Assembly (NCBI GenBank): GCA_951406725.2
Contig: OX597833.1
Span: forward strand, 32,612,001 to 32,676,000
Length of the DNA stretch: 64,000 bases
Origin: Octopus vulgaris
Lineage: Eukaryota
Reading direction: 5' to 3'
Part shown: in pieces, positions 12,018 to 26,362 of the stretch
Position numbering within the stretch: position 1 is the stretch's first letter
Layout: each line of letters begins with the position of its first letter
Position numbers and translations under genes: made by a program
The notes under the pieces: model-generated
Database searches by the model: none
What the model saw: only the letters and a program-made list of their open reading frames with translations
What the model was told of the DNA's origin: nothing

Positions 12018-12853
12018 GTCTTGATAATACTAAAACTCTAGAGATGTTTGTGTGTACCGGAAATATCCCAGAAATAGTATATTCTATCTTAATTTTTTTT
12101 GCATATTTATTTTCATACATACCTTCGGCAGTGCAGTAAACTATTTGTGATATTTGTGACTCTATTTATAAAGGAAAACGATTAAACACAATTTTTGTTT
12201 ATTATTTCTTGACGAAAAAAAAATAACATCGCCTCCGTGACGTCAACCCACATACATACATACATACATACATACAGAATACACACACATAATGAACGCC
12301 TTGGCTTGTCAATCAACACAAACACACGTCCGCTATCTGTGGCATATACACACACATAGTCTTCGCACTCTCTAAGATAAAAGATAACGTTGACTTTTTG
12401 ACGTACACAATATTTTAATCATTTAGAAATATTTTTAACTGAATGTCATTTCAAAAATGTATGTTGTTTGTACAATAAATATTTATATTTTAGCTTTCCT
12501 TAAACAGACAATATTTTAATGTATTTTTAAAATTATCTTCAAGTGAATGGCAATCATTCGCTTATCATCGGGAGTTCGTTAATTTCCATAAAAATCTTCA
12601 TTTATTTACTTTTCTTTGAAGTGTGAAGAGAGGAGAAAGTGAAACTGAAAGGTATGTACGTGTATATGAAATGGACATGTGTGTGAGTGAAAGAAAGAGA
12701 GAGAAAGGGACATAGAGAGAAGGAGTGAGAGAGTGAAGGGGTCTGTTGTGTCATGTATACGTATATATATCTATACATGTGTTGTCATGTATACTTACAT
12801 ATATCAAATCATTTTTGCATGTACAGGTGTATGTATGTGTGTATGTGTGAAAC

Positions 12854-12920
<67 letters not shown>

Positions 12921-13392
12921 GGGTGAGTGAGTGAACGAGTGTGTTATGTGTGTGTAAGTGGCACTCTCTCTCTCTCTCTCACACACACATACATACTTCT
13001 ATTTCATATACACGTTCGTACATCTTGCACTTTCTCCTCTCTTTCACTATAAACAAAAGTAAATAAATAAAAAAAATTATACAGAAATTAACGAACAAAA
13101 GCAGCTCATCCGGATGTCAAGTTCTGAGAGTCAAAGCGAAAGATCGTCCCAAGGGAATACCATTGCAAAAAAATTGTTCGAGTGCATTCAACGTATATCA
13201 GCTCCAAATATTTGGCTGCTATTCCTACCACGTACAAATAAACGGAAAATAAAAGGATAGAAAAATCATTAACAGGGATCCGATCTCTGATACACAGCAG
13301 CAACTGTTAAAAACTGATGTACGACATGTCACGATAGTGCCTCTACAAATCTACCGGAAATTGACTACCCAATGTGTGTTTGCACGCACGTG

Positions 13393-13427
<35 letters not shown>

Positions 13428-13455
13428 ACGGAAAATATATATATATGTATATATA

Positions 13456-13523
<68 letters not shown>

Positions 13524-13555
13524 TATATATAAATGGGCTTACAAAACTACCATTA

Positions 13556-14258
13556 GGATCTTTTATGCTTGGTTGCATCTGTGGAAATTTTTAAATTGAG
13601 TGAAAAATTTAAAATTTGATGTAGTGATGTAATTTTCCATGTTGAATCTCAGGGGCTATTTAACTTTTTCCAGAAAATTCCTTTTAAAAAATTACAGAGG
13701 CTAAATTTTGAGCACTTTTACCCCGTCAGGATTTGGAAGCTGTCAATTTGTGCGTGACTGCACGTGTTGTCAACTATAAACAAATGAAATATTGGCGGAA
13801 TTCGGCTTTACGCACGCCATATAAACCCTCATAACCTTTTTACTTTTGGAATTCTCAGAAACCTTTTTACGAATTTGTATTTTACACACAGGAATTCAAA
13901 TTTGCAAAAAAATGAATAAATAAATATATATTGCAAGAAAAAATTGGTTCTTGATATAATGCCTATTTAGCTATTATATGTAGCACATCTAACGACCACT
14001 TCATACCTCATTGTTTTAAGCATTTGATTAGTGAAAAATGACCCCGTGGGTAAGCAGCTTGGTTTGGTACTGTGGAAACAGGCATCTATCTGTCTGTGGC
14101 TTTTGATTGGCTAAAATTACTCAAAATTTGCAAACTCTAAAAACTATTAACACTTTATTTATTGATTCATGTCACTGATTACCATAAAAATAAATTACAC
14201 CAACTAATTGGGAAAAAATTGAAGAAATTGCGAAGTGGCAGCCAAGCAGAAAATATCC
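13556..14258. mobile_element. Non-autonomous TIR DNA element with GG...CC termini
   Basis: Left end GGATCTTTTATGCTTGGTTGC versus the reverse complement of the right end GGATATTTTCTGCTTGGCTGC. Internal GATTGGCTAAAATTAC resembles 41111-41126. Confidence 0.7.
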
Positions 14259-15159
14259 TCATTACTAAATAATACGTGTGTATATCTCAATAAATTGATT
14301 GATATAAACAAGAAGTCAGTTTTTCTTTTATCTCAATGATACGGAAAGAAAAAAATTAGACAGAATCGAAGCAAAACATTTCTTTTAATAAACTTAAAAA
14401 TAGCACTTTGTTTCTTGCTGCCATTGTCCTTTAGGTTCCACCAGCATATCAGCCCTAACCGAAATGACATTATCGATTTCACATATTATCAAGTGGTTTC
14501 CAATCATGACCAACCACTCTTTTTACATAATGTTTTACGACGAAAGGGTAATATTATTTTTAGCAGTTCAAGTGACCATAAGAGCGCTTCCTTGTTGGCT
14601 GAAGAATGAAAATAAATAAATAAATGTGGCTGGTAAAAGCAGAAATGTATTAGTGTACATAGTAAATGCCGAGCAGTGTCAAACGTTTCTTAAATTGTTT
14701 TTATCTGTAACTATTTATTTTCTCTCTTTCTCCCTTCCCTTCTTTTTCTGTACCTCTCTCTCTCTCTCTCTCTTCTTTATCCTTTGTATATATTATTGAC
14801 AAGCAAGGGATTAAACATCTGTCAGTCATTACCACGTAAAATAAAATTTTTAAAAATGAAGAAAGCTTTACTTCTACGTGCTGATAGCAAGAGGTAACAT
14901 TTTCATGTTTGAAAGTAGAGTATCATATAAAATTTAAAAAATAAAGTAGTGTGTTTGTAAGTGTGCGCGCGTTTGTGCATGTATGTGTGAGTGTATGACT
15001 GTGTGGGCGTTTGTTTGCTTCTGTGTGTGTGTGTGCGTGCGTGCTGATAAATATTTTGCTGTTAACGTTGTGCGTTTTCGTGCATGCATGCAGATGTATT
15101 TGTTATTTGCGTATGTATGTGTATATATATAGTAGAGAGTAGAGTATATATATGTTAGT

Positions 15160-15945
15160 GCGGCGAGCTGGCAGAATCGTTAGCACGCCGGTCGAAAAGC
15201 GTAGCCGTGTTTCGTCTGCCGTTACGTTGTGAGCTCATATTCCGCCATGGTCGACTTTGCCTTTTATCCTTTCGGATTCGATAAATTAAGTACCAGTTAC
15301 GCACTGGGGTCAATGTAATCGACTTAATACCTATGTCTGTCCTTGTTTGTCCCCTCTATGTTTAGCCCCTTGTGGGTAATAAAGAAATAGGTATTTCGTC
15401 TGTCGCTACGTTCTGAGTTCAAATTCCACCGAGGTCGACTTTGCCTTCCATCCTTTCGGGGTCGATAAATTAAGTACCAGTTACGTACTGGGGTCGATCT
15501 AATCGACTGCTCCTTCCCCCAGAATTTCGAGCCTTGTGCCTAGAGTAGAAAAGAATATATATATATGTGTGTGTGTGTTAGGGTGGCGAGCTGGCAGAAA
15601 CGTTAGTGTGCCGGGTGAAATGCTTAGCGGTGTTTCGTCTGTCTTTATGTTCTGAGTTCAAATTCCGCCGAGGTCGACTTTGCCTTTCATCGTTTCGGGG
15701 TCGATAAATTAAGTACCAGTTACACACTGGGGATGTAATTGACTTAATCCCTTTGTCTGTCCTTGTTTGTCCCCTCTATGTTTAGCCCCTTGTGGGCAAT
15801 AAAGAAACGTGTGCCGGGCGAAACGCTTATTGGTATTTCGTCTGTCTTTAGGTCCAGAGTTCAAATTTCACTGAGGTCGACTTTGCCTTTCGGGGCTTCG
15901 CCTCCCCAGAGATTTCGGGTCTTGTGCCTAGAGTAGAAAACAATA
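15160..15945 (+). mobile_element. Tandem cluster of tRNA-derived SINE family B
   Basis: Repeated GGCGAGCTGGCAGAA...GAGTTCAAATTCC...GTCGACTTTGCCTTTCATCCTTTCGGGGTCGATAAATTAAGTACCAG; the same family occurs at 63488. Confidence 0.9.
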
Positions 15946-16779
15946 TATATGTAACATATGTTTATATATTAATATATATTTAACATATTTATATATATAT
16001 AAATGGCGGTGCCCCAGCATGGCCACAGCTCATAAGCTCAAACTGGAAAAATCAAAATCAAAATCAAAATCATATAAACTTATATATAAGTACGTATGTA
16101 ATATATATGTGTTTATATATATAATATATATGTATGTATACTTATATATGTATACATTTAGTTTACGTAATATCAACTCCATAATTCTATGATTGTTTCG
16201 ATTATAGTTACTTATTGTGTTATTTTGTTGTTTGTTTATTTGTTGAGTGTTTTTATTGCTGTTGAAACGAGAGCTTTTTAAATTGCTTCTTGAAATTCTT
16301 TATCCATGTAAATGTTCACATTCAAGAATCTGTTTATAGTAAAAACAGGTTCCTGCTCCCCTTTGTTTTTCCGTCTTCATATTTATGGAACTAAAATCCC
16401 CCCTCTCTCTTCCGCTCTCTCTCCCCCTGTCTTTCTTCCTCCCTCACTCTCCATCCTTCTTTCTCTAATAAAGAACAGTTCATTGAATTTATGCTGACAA
16501 GTTTTCAATTATTTTGACCGCATTTTGTTATGGTCCCCGTGGGAACACAAACAGCCGGTAGCTTTTGTCTTACATGCAAAAACGGTACTACTTATTTCTG
16601 CAATGTTAGTTGAACACATCAGCTGCAAACATTTTAGTTGTTACTGTTGATGTTCTAATTGTTGTTGTTATTTTTATTTGGCGCTAGGAGATTTACATTC
16701 AAATTCATTCTTACCATGACCATCCCATCTTTTATGCATATCAAAGGCTAAATTATCCAAGGCTTTTGCCTACTGTTCT

Positions 16780-18330
16780 CCTATCAGATATTCTCACAAA
16801 CTTTTTGCATGCGGCCAAGATCCTTTTCCCAGTCGCCCACTAATACTAATGAGATGTTATCAAGAAAGAGATCGTGACGTCTAAAGAAATCTGTCCGTCC
16901 GGCTCCTGTCGGAACGTAGACAATACTAGTCTGAAATCTCTACTTTCCACTTTCTTGTTGCTCACCCCCAGCACCCCAAACCCCTGACCGAGTGTAGGAA
17001 AGCCGTAATCTCTAAAGGCAAATAAAGATAAAGGATGCAATGTGGTATTACAAGAAAACGTGTAAACACTATTATGGTAGATACGAAGAAGCAAAAAATC
17101 AAATAAGAACTAAAGCCCCAAAAGATGGAAACCTCCGAAGACTTCCATGAATCCAACTTTATATGGTCACCATGACGAATAGGATAAGTACCATCTCCCT
17201 ACTTTCCTCCTTCAATCTAAAGATACATGCTCATGGCAAATCTGTTGATTCGGGTTATTCTTGCCACTCTATTTCACCTCTCGAAAATGCTACTGTGAGG
17301 CAGTAATTCCCTCTTCACCATCGCTTTCCTTTCAAGTGAAACTTGAGAAAGCTGACGAAGACTTGGTCAAGGACGAAGGCATCTGTCTTCAGTTCTTTCA
17401 ATCTTGTCCAGCACACAACGTCTTTTCCCTAAGTTACAAGACAGATGAAGACTTGCATGCACTTCCCGACCAAAGAGAAGCGATGCGATGATCTTCACGG
17501 TGAACTCAGCCGATAGCCATCTGATCCGTCCTACACAGAAGAGCAGGTGTTCGACATTACTTCACAAGTCAACAAATAGTCGGGTACTGGATGAGAACAT
17601 GCAGAACTATTCACATCTGACGCGTGCTGGCAATTCTTTCAGTAGCACTCACAATCCAAATATTTCTGAACCTCAATTGGAAAGTCCTCTGGAAAAAACT
17701 AGCTACTTTGTTTTTGTCGAGGCTCAAGCTGTTCCTGAGGACGTCATTACTCTTGCCCGCCACCAACACTCTAGAAATCTAGAGGGTTACATCCACCGAC
17801 CGCACTACCCGACCGGTAAAAGGTTGTAAGCGTTTCATAACATTCCAGATGCCACGCACCCTGTCTCTGTCTACGCTTGACCCAGGACTGCAACTGTATC
17901 AAAGAGACGAGATGTGGAAATACTCAACAGGCAAACGGCGATCACACCTGTTCACTGTCAAGGAATTACTGGAGATATCGCAGACGCAGCACATGTTTGT
18001 ACATGTTTGTTATGGCATGCCCAGGTCACAGCAGATGTTAACAGCAAAGTGATTCCCCTCCATAGCAAGAAGAAAGACAGACGCTCCAGTCTGGTAAGAT
18101 GTGAACTGGGGGCAAGGTACGGGTGTCAGGCGATATTACATAGACGATGTAAGTGTTCGCCACCTCTGCCCGTCCTTTCAAGGATAAATTTCTCTCGGAC
18201 TATTTCTCGGTGATATTTGCCACCCTGTTCGTTATCTCGTATCAGTTCTTCAATACTTGGAGACTCAATCAAAGCAAACCCCGAGCAATTTAACCAGTGC
18301 TGCTGAATAGCTGGATAGGATGGCTATTTA
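16780..18330 (-). mobile_element. Degenerate Tx1/L1-like LINE fragments (APE piece and post-RT region)
   Basis: LVLVGDW on the minus strand near 16830; 17790-17960 is homologous to 18850-19020 of the adjacent copy. Confidence 0.6.
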
Positions 18331-18544
18331 ACGCCACCCCACAAAAAGTGTGTAAGCCCTTTTTATTACTTCAAACTATGAAATATCACTCTCTGTAATT
18401 CAAAGACGTGAGATGTTTTTAGAGAATTGTCTATATGTTTGCTAATACTTTGAGACGTTTATAGATATTTATATCTTAACTACGATATGATATTCCATAG
18501 ATGGATTCCTTTATCGTAAATACGATGTGATGTTTTATAGAAAC

Positions 18545-20629
18545 TTGAAGTCAGCAATGTTCGGGCACTGGACGAAAGCGTGCAGAACGGTTTCATCGCT
18601 CTGCATGCATCTCGGGCTGTCCCCGCTGACGGCACTTTCGTGCCTGTAAAGTTTATCCCGAATAGGCAACACCCCTCGGTAGCACTGCTAGGCAAGGGAT
18701 TTCTGTCTGAAAGTTATCTATTGACCCAGGCCCAAAAGTTCTCCGAAACAGGCCTCTTAGTTGATCTTCATCGACGCCCAGAGTTTCCCCGAGAACGTCG
18801 TCGCACATTCCTTCCACTAGCCCTCTATAGAACGCTAGAGTGGAACTACCACCAACCGCATTGTCCGCCTGGTGGAGAGCTGTGAGCGCTTGACGGCACT
18901 CGAAGTGGCAAGCGACCCTCCTCGGTCTACGCCTAATCCAGGATTGCAGCTCAGTCAAAGAGACGAACTGTGGAAGAGTGAGTCTGACAAACGACGACCA
19001 CACCTGTTCACCGTCAAGATAACGCCGATATGCCGTAACCTGATCTCATGCTTGCGCATCAGCAACCAAGGAATTCCCAGCCCACTATTCAGCGGCTGTT
19101 GACAGCAGATGGAGCGCCTGACCAGTGGAACGCGTCCCTTCTGCAAAAAGCGGAAGAGTAAGCGTACCGGCTTGGTCAACCAACAAAATGGTGCAAGGGA
19201 CAACGGTCAAGCGGGAATAGATGACGGATGCGATGTACGCATTCGCCACCTCGGCTCGACCTTTAAAGGACAGCTTCCTCTAGGCCCATTTCTGGGTGAG
19301 ATTGACCACTCTGTTTGTCACCTCGTCCCGGTTTTTCTCCACCTGAAGTCTGAACCAAATCATACCCCGAGCAATTTAACCAGACCGTCTATCCAGCGTC
19401 CCACGACGCTCTTGGACGGCATGAACTTCCTTGTACAGCTGCCGAGTTGCCAGCTCTCTGAGTTTTCGTCGTTAATTTTTGCTCCTGTCATCGCTTCATA
19501 TTCTCGTAGAGTGTCGCCAATCAGGTCTATATGCCTGTAACTCGACACTATGACGCTGACATCATCAGAATAAGCAGACACACTTCTCCTACAACCTAGA
19601 TCACGCGGGACACCCCTCAAAGCTTCCAACTTCTGCAGCAGTGTCTCAAGTGTCAGTGCATACAGAAGGGAGATACAGACAGAGCGGAAGATACAGAATG
19701 GTTCTGAAAGGTGACCATTCACTCGAACAATCGGGCAGATGCCGCTGTACAAAGCAGCGATCCAACCGCGGAAAACCGGACCGAAACCGGCTGCTCTGAG
19801 AACAACTGCCAAGTATTGATGGTCAACCCTATCGAAGGCTTTAGAGTGATTAGTTTTGTTACCCATCCTCTTTTTATGATGTGGCGCATAAGGTGGAGGT
19901 TGTCGTGGATAGTCCTATTTGGGATGGCGCATAATTGTTCCTCGTCAATCAGCTTGTCCACGACAAGCGCCAACCTCTTGGCTAAACCTTGGCCAAAATC
20001 TTCAGCTCTGCATTGAGCAGAGTGGTGGGCCTGAAATTCTCTATAACGTCCCTTTTGTTTGGGTATTTTCTCAGCAGTGCCAGCGCCCCTCGGCAAACAA
20101 AAATGGGAATTCTCTCATTTTGTTGCCAGTTGATATAGACGTCTGGTAAGAGGTCCGCAAACAAGTCTGGCATTGAAATATAAAGCTCGTAGGGCAGGCC
20201 ATCCCTATCCGGTGACCTGCCTCTTGTGAAGCTCTTCCTGCATCTCCGCCATTGTTATCGACCTTTCGCAGCACACCGCTTCCCTCATCGAGAGTCCAGG
20301 TAGACACCGAAGTCTGCCCTGTTTCCTGTCCTAACATTCGTCTTGAACAGTCGAGCAAAGTGCTGCTGAAAGGCCGCGCATATCTGCTTCGGTTCAAAGA
20401 TCTCGTGCCCATTCTGGTCCACCAAAGACCGAATAGGAACTCTGTTGCTACGTTTTGCCTCCCTCACTCGCACCCATCGCCAGCTTTCGTTCCCTCCCCG
20501 CTTAGTGAACGTGCCTTAGCTCTGACAACGTAGCCTTCGTGTTTGGCGTCGAAAATTTGGTCGAGGGCTGACCTCGTGCCAACACGTCGGTTGTGATGAC
20601 TTTCCTAAGCGCCTTATCTAATTTTCTAA

Positions 20630-20676
<47 letters not shown>

Positions 20677-22520
20677 TTTCTATTCCTCTCCACCGCTAAA
20701 TCCTTGCTAAACCTAATCGATTCTACTCCAATTGGCCTTTTAAGAGCAAACCAACAGTTGTTGACGATTGCCCCTGTCAACGCTCTCTAAACTAAAACGC
20801 TGATCCGATCTCTGTAAGCTTGACACGCCGGTAACAAAGTGTTCAGCTTCTAGTAACCGGGACCCTGTCTACGAAGCCTAAGATCATAAATTTGTGGTCT
20901 GTGTAGCCGACTATGTGAAATTGTGGACATCCATACTATCCTTATCTGCTGGCCTACAGAATACTCTAAAGTACGATCTTGACGAACCGTTGCGATTTGT
21001 CCAAGTCCACATTGGGACATTCGGGTTATCTATCCGGTAACTCTCACACAGCTGAAAACGTCTGAACACGTTTTTGAGGCTTTATCACCCTCATCTCCTA
21101 TCAGATATTCCCACGCAATCGAAACGTCCAAGATAGTGTTCCAGTCCCCAACTAATACTAAAGTTCGAGAAGTTCCCAGGAAAACCTCCAGATGCTTGAA
21201 GTAATCCGGCCGCCCTGTCTGTGTCAGAGCATAGGCAGCCACCAGTCTGAAGGCATCGCCATCACTGCTGTTCACATCTAGGACTACCAACTTACCTTCT
21301 GGATCAAGGAAGATTACCTTTATTTTCAAATTCAGACCTTTTTGGAAATGCCCCACAGTACCACGACCGCCCCTTCCTGGCCGACACGGAGATAGAAAAA
21401 TCTCGTATCCACCAAAAAGGGCTGTGAGGTCTCGCAGGTCAGAAAGTTTGGTTTCACTAATGGCTGCTGCGTCTATACTAAGAGGTGTTAGGCCATTTAA
21501 AAGGTGACCTTGTTTCATAGGCGACCTGAGGTCCCTAAAATTTATGCAACCTATTCTGAGCATCACCTTGTTAAAACCAAATAATTAGGGTGGAGAAAAG
21601 CTTTGCTTACCATTGTTGTCTAGTAGGGTACCCCCTTTGTACTTTGGTGCGGGTGTTTCCACGAGGCTTTTGAAAAGTCTTTTGGAGAAATTTTTTTGAA
21701 AAGACCCAACAGCATCCGGGAAGTTTCTTTTCAATGTGGTGTATGTGGTTTGGCTGAGTTTTACAATTTTTATATGTGATGGTGGTGCGTTGTGTGTGGG
21801 GAAGAAACATCCGGTAATGTGGTGTTTTTATTGACTCGTAGATATGTTATCAGTTGCGTGTTGTCTGTGAGGTTGGTAGTATTTTTAGGGTCTGTTTGTG
21901 CTGTGGTTTCTGTTGGTGCTTGAAGTGGTAGTGCTGCAGGTGGTGGTGTTATTGTTGTGTATGTGTGTGTGTTGCTGCTGTTGGGAAGTTCCGCATCTTT
22001 GCGCCTCCCCTTTCTTTCCAGTGTCTCTGTAGTACTTTTTTCTTGGTGGTGGGGGCCACTATCTGCCACTCACTCCTCGACCTCAATACTCAAGCAGCTC
22101 AAGCTGTTTAGGTCGGGAAGGAGAATATTTTCTGGCTCTTGGGGGTTCATTTGTTGCTGCTGCTGGTGGTGTTACTGCTGGTGTTGTTGTTGGTGGTGGT
22201 GGTACTCCGGCTGGTGTTGTTTCTTGAGTTGGTGTTGGTGGTGCCTTGGCGACGGCTGAAGGTGGCGTCGCTGTTGCTGGTGTTGATGGTGATGGTATTG
22301 GTGATGCGACGACCACTGGGTTCTGCTACTATACTGGAGGTGCCCCTGGTGCTGGTGCCGGCAGAAGAGCCGATTGCTTCTTCTTTTCCTCTTTAGGGCA
22401 AGAGACCCTGAGATGGCCTTGGTCATCGCAAAAGTAACATATCGGCCGCCCGCCCTCAATAGCGATATGCAGTTTGGTGCCCTCAGGTAGGTTTATTGAG
22501 TCGGGATGGAATTTACGTTC
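18545..22520 (-). mobile_element. Tx1/L1-like LINE with ORF1 C-terminus, APE and RT, heavily mutated
   Basis: ORF1 zinc knuckle IEGGRPICYFCDDQGHLRVSCP (about 22396-22460); APE MLRIGCINFR...ISETKL...LVLVGDWN (21030-21566); RT NFRPTTLLNAELKILAKV, SKAFDRVDH, SAYSDDV. Confidence 0.9.
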
Positions 22521-22739
22521 CCTTGCTGAAGATTAACCAGTTATTTAACATGACTGGCAGTTGTGGTTCCAAAGTTGGGGATAGTATTCATCGTATTTTC
22601 GATAAATAGTCTCCCATGCCAAATACGCGACTTGTCGCTTCGAATGTTGTCTGTCTGTCAGTCTGTCTGTCTGTCTGTCTGTCTGTATGTATGTATGTAT
22701 GTTTATGTGAAGATTTGTATGTTTTGTTTTGTGTATGTA

Positions 22740-23822
22740 TTCTCATTCATATAGTTGCATATCTAGACATGCTCATATATACTTAAATAATAGACTTCTA
22801 GAAAGTTTTACAAATTTTTACAGTTCCAGTGATGGATTTTATCTGCAGTCTTCGAATCAGCTGTCTTCTTTCTTATTTTGAAACGCCTAATTTCTTAAGA
22901 TCGGTATTTAGGTAGCGTGTAATATATCTCAGTGCCCAATAATTACAAGTATAAACTTGAACTTGTAATCTGGATAGAATAACTGTTTCGCTTTATGTCA
23001 ACATCAGCTAGGCAACCGATTTCCGAAACTGTACACGATTTCTCTTCCATATCCCAAATCATTATGTCAGGTCTGTTGTGTTTAGATTTTATTGACGTGT
23101 TCACATGGACATTCCACCCGTATTCTTTTTTATTATGAATGGCTCTGGCTTCCATCATACTGTGGGTTCTTATCTCTTTATCCTTCCGACGGATTTCATA
23201 ATACAGTATCCTAGCTACAACATGTCTCATCGGTGATAATACCGTGATGACATTTTCAGACAACTACTTATGATATGGGTGATATATTTGGCTTTAACTC
23301 CACAAATCTGCATCGGTTGTCACATCTTACTGCTTTTCCAGCATCTCTGTCCCTTGGGTGCATCAGGTATTTGGTTGATATTTCCTGTTCCTGGATTGCA
23401 AATGAATACACTTCAAAGTGGGAGGTAGTAATCCGGTTGTTGGTCCATGGTACGCATTGATGATCAACGTTACTGCCATCTCGGAGATTTCTACTAACAT
23501 ATCCATGCATGGTCTTCTGCTCATATACCCTTATCTCTTCATTCCATAGCGGTAAAGTCTTGCAACTTCTTTGGGCATGTATTTAAGGTTATCAGACGAG
23601 GAATGCTACTCAGGGAGCAACTTTCCACGTCTTATGATGTTATCAGCGTAATGAATGCAAACTTCGTCAAGGGATGCACTTCATCGCTTGGTGGCTAATA
23701 GATGTTGCCGGTTGTGGATTGACGTTAAGCCTCTGCCGCTTTGTTTCCGTTTTAGGTTGAGGTAGTCTACATTACCGTTGATGTGGAAATTATGTGTGCT
23801 GGTTATATCTTCCGAGTTTCCA
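22740..23822 (-). mobile_element. R4/Dong-like RLE non-LTR retrotransposon, 3' part
   Basis: HGY...SHFEVYSFAIQEQEISTKYL...CDNRCR, MRHVVA, KHNRPDIMIWD (restriction-like endonuclease). Clade assignment is from motif recall. Confidence 0.82.
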
Positions 23823-23896
23823 TAGGTATGTATGTATGTATGTATGTATGTATGTATGTATGTATGTATGTATGTATGTATGTATGCATGTATCAT

Positions 23897-24311
23897 AGGC
23901 GCAGGAGTGGCTGTGTGGTAAGTAGCTTGCTTACCAGCCACATACTTCCGGGCTGAGTCCACTGCGTGGCACCTTGGGCATGCGTCTTCTACTATAACCT
24001 CGGGCCGACGAAAGCCTTGTGAGTGCATTTGGTAGGCGGAACCTGATAGAAGACCGTCGTATATATATATATATATATATATAAATATGTATATGTGTGT
24101 GTGTGTATGTGTGTGTGTTTGTGTGTCTGTGCCCCCCCCCCCCAGTATCACTTGACAACCGATTTTGGTGTGTTTACGTACCTGTAACCTAGCGTTTCGG
24201 CAAGCGACACCGATAGAATAAGAATAAATCCTGGGGTCGATTTGTTCGACTAAAGGCGGTGCTCCAGCATGGCCGCAGTGAAATGACTGAAACAAATAAA
24301 AGAATAAAAGA
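23897..24311 (+). mobile_element. tRNA-derived SINE family A, near full length
   Basis: Head GGCGCAGGAGTGGCTGTGTGGTAAG with degenerate B box, internal (TA)/(TG) tract, tail GGCGGTGCTCCAGCATGGCCGCAG...GACTGAAACAAATAAAAGA; many copies in the window. Confidence 0.9.
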
Positions 24312-25679
24312 ATTACGTATGCATGTATGTATGTATGTATGTATGTATGTATGTATGTATGTATGTATGTATGTATGTATGTATGAATGTATGTATGTAT
24401 GTATGTATGTATGTATGTGTGTGTGTGTATGTATGTATGTATGTATGTATGTAAGTGTGTATGTATGTGCGTGTGCGTATGTATGCATGTATGTATATAT
24501 AGGTAGGTAGGTAGGTAGGTAGGTAGGTAGGTAAGTAGGTATTCATATATGTACACTGCCTATTTATCTTTATATCTTTCCTTTTCTTCTGGAAAGGGAC
24601 TAACGTTTAAAACGTGTGAAAATGTTCTTTTTGTTAATAAAATCGGTTGAACTCCCTCTATTTTTATTAAACATTGTTACTGATGCGTTGTCCTTTTAAT
24701 ATTAATTTTTGTTTTACACATACATACATACATACATACATACATACATACATACATACATACATACATACATACATACACACACAAACACACACACAAA
24801 CACACACACACACATACATACACACACACAGAAACACACAAATAAGCAAACAAACAAAGACACGCGCAAACACACACTATATGTATATGTGTATGCATAG
24901 ATGTCGATATGCATGGAACCTGAAAAGGGTGTTTAGTTGCTATGGATACTGTAACACGTGATATAATTCAGGATATATACACGACATAGCGATAACATCG
25001 ACCACTAAAATGCTACAGGAAGTCTTTTTAATGATTACCAGTTTTATGTAAAATTGTACATATGCGGGCATGCATACGTACACACATACATATATATATA
25101 TAAACATACTCAAACATACATATGTATGCTAATGCCAAGGAAAATATGTATAGGAAATGCGAAGAAAGATCGTTAGAAAATTTAATTTCAAGATTGTCAA
25201 CATGGGCTTAAAGTTTTCAGGAGTTACTTTAAGTGGTTGAATTGGGGCGGACAGAAACATGCACATACCATGCATCACTATTACTCTTCATTAACTAACA
25301 TAGTGGCTAACTTGTGAGCTAACAGTATTCGCCGATATTCGTGTGTGTGTGCTAAATTTGAGTTTACCTTGACCTTATATGGTCTCAAGTTGCAGAGTAG
25401 GTTGTGAAGGGTCAGTGTTATGGAAAATTTTTATTGATTAAATTTTTGTTGTGTTATTCTTCAGAATCTATTCATGCTTGGAAAAACTTTCTTATCGGGT
25501 GTACCTTGTTTAGATGTGTCAGCTTATATATATTATGCACACCTAATTCCCCGAATCGCGTTACTTTGTTTCTGTTGGTGCTTTTGGAGCAAAACAAATC
25601 AGTGTGGAACAGGATTAACCCACAGACGTTAAATTAAAAAGATAGCTAAAGATAAAGATCATTCTCGATTCAAATACAC

Positions 25680-26195
25680 TTATAGGGACGGTTTCCTGGT
25701 TTTCGTGGAACATAGGTCCCCACCCTGGATGGGGAGCCACTCTATCATAGAATTACTCACTTTTTCCGACTGAATGGGCTGTAGCAACGTAAAATGAAGT
25801 GCCTTGCTGAAGAACAAAACTCACCGCCCGGTCCAGGAATCGAAGCCACTAAAATGAGTCCAACTACTTAGACACACGCCTCCACAAACTGACACATCGT
25901 CGGATACGACGACGCAGGTTCCAGGTGATCTGATTAACGGAGCAGCCCACTCGTGAAATGAATTTGAAAGTGGATGAGTACACCACATTTACGCGAACCC
26001 ATAACGTAGTTCTCAGGGAGATTCAGAGTGACAGAGTGTGACAAGGCTGGCTCTTTGAATTACGGTACAACTCATTTTGCCTGCATTTTTGCACGAGAGA
26101 GACTTGAAATAAAGTGTTTTGCTCAAGGAGTAATCGAACACACGACTTTATGACTGTGAGCCAAATACACTAACCACTAAGCCGCGCGCCTTCAC
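25680..26195 (-). mobile_element. Two adjacent tRNA-derived SINEs (family C and a relative)
   Basis: Minus-strand tRNA-like heads with TTCGATTCC or TTCGATT B boxes; 25890-26080 aligns with 62700-62885. Confidence 0.75.
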
Positions 26196-26204
26196 CACAC
26201 ATAT

Positions 26205-26362
26205 TAAATTGCCAATAATCCTTTCCACTATAGACTCAAGATCTGAAATTGAGGGGATTTGTCGATTACATCGACCCCATTGTTTTACTGGTACTTATTT
26301 GATCGGATCCGAAATGAGCTTGGCGGAATTTGAACTCAGAACGTAATGACAGCGAAATACTA
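26205..26362 (-). mobile_element. Degenerate SINE family B fragment
   Basis: GTCGATTACATCGACCCC...CTGGTACTTATT...GGCGGAATTTGAACTCAGAACGT is the reverse complement of family B. Confidence 0.7.

Noticed and set aside
12230-13380. Possible host promoter or first exon (TGACGTCA, CCAAT, ORF 13106..13303)
   Set aside because: Short motifs are expected by chance, the ORF has no recognisable homology and there is no splice evidence; RNA-seq is needed.
15160-15945. CRISPR-like repeat-spacer array
   Set aside because: The repeats are long SINE cores with homologous intervening sequence in a eukaryotic context, and there are no cas genes.
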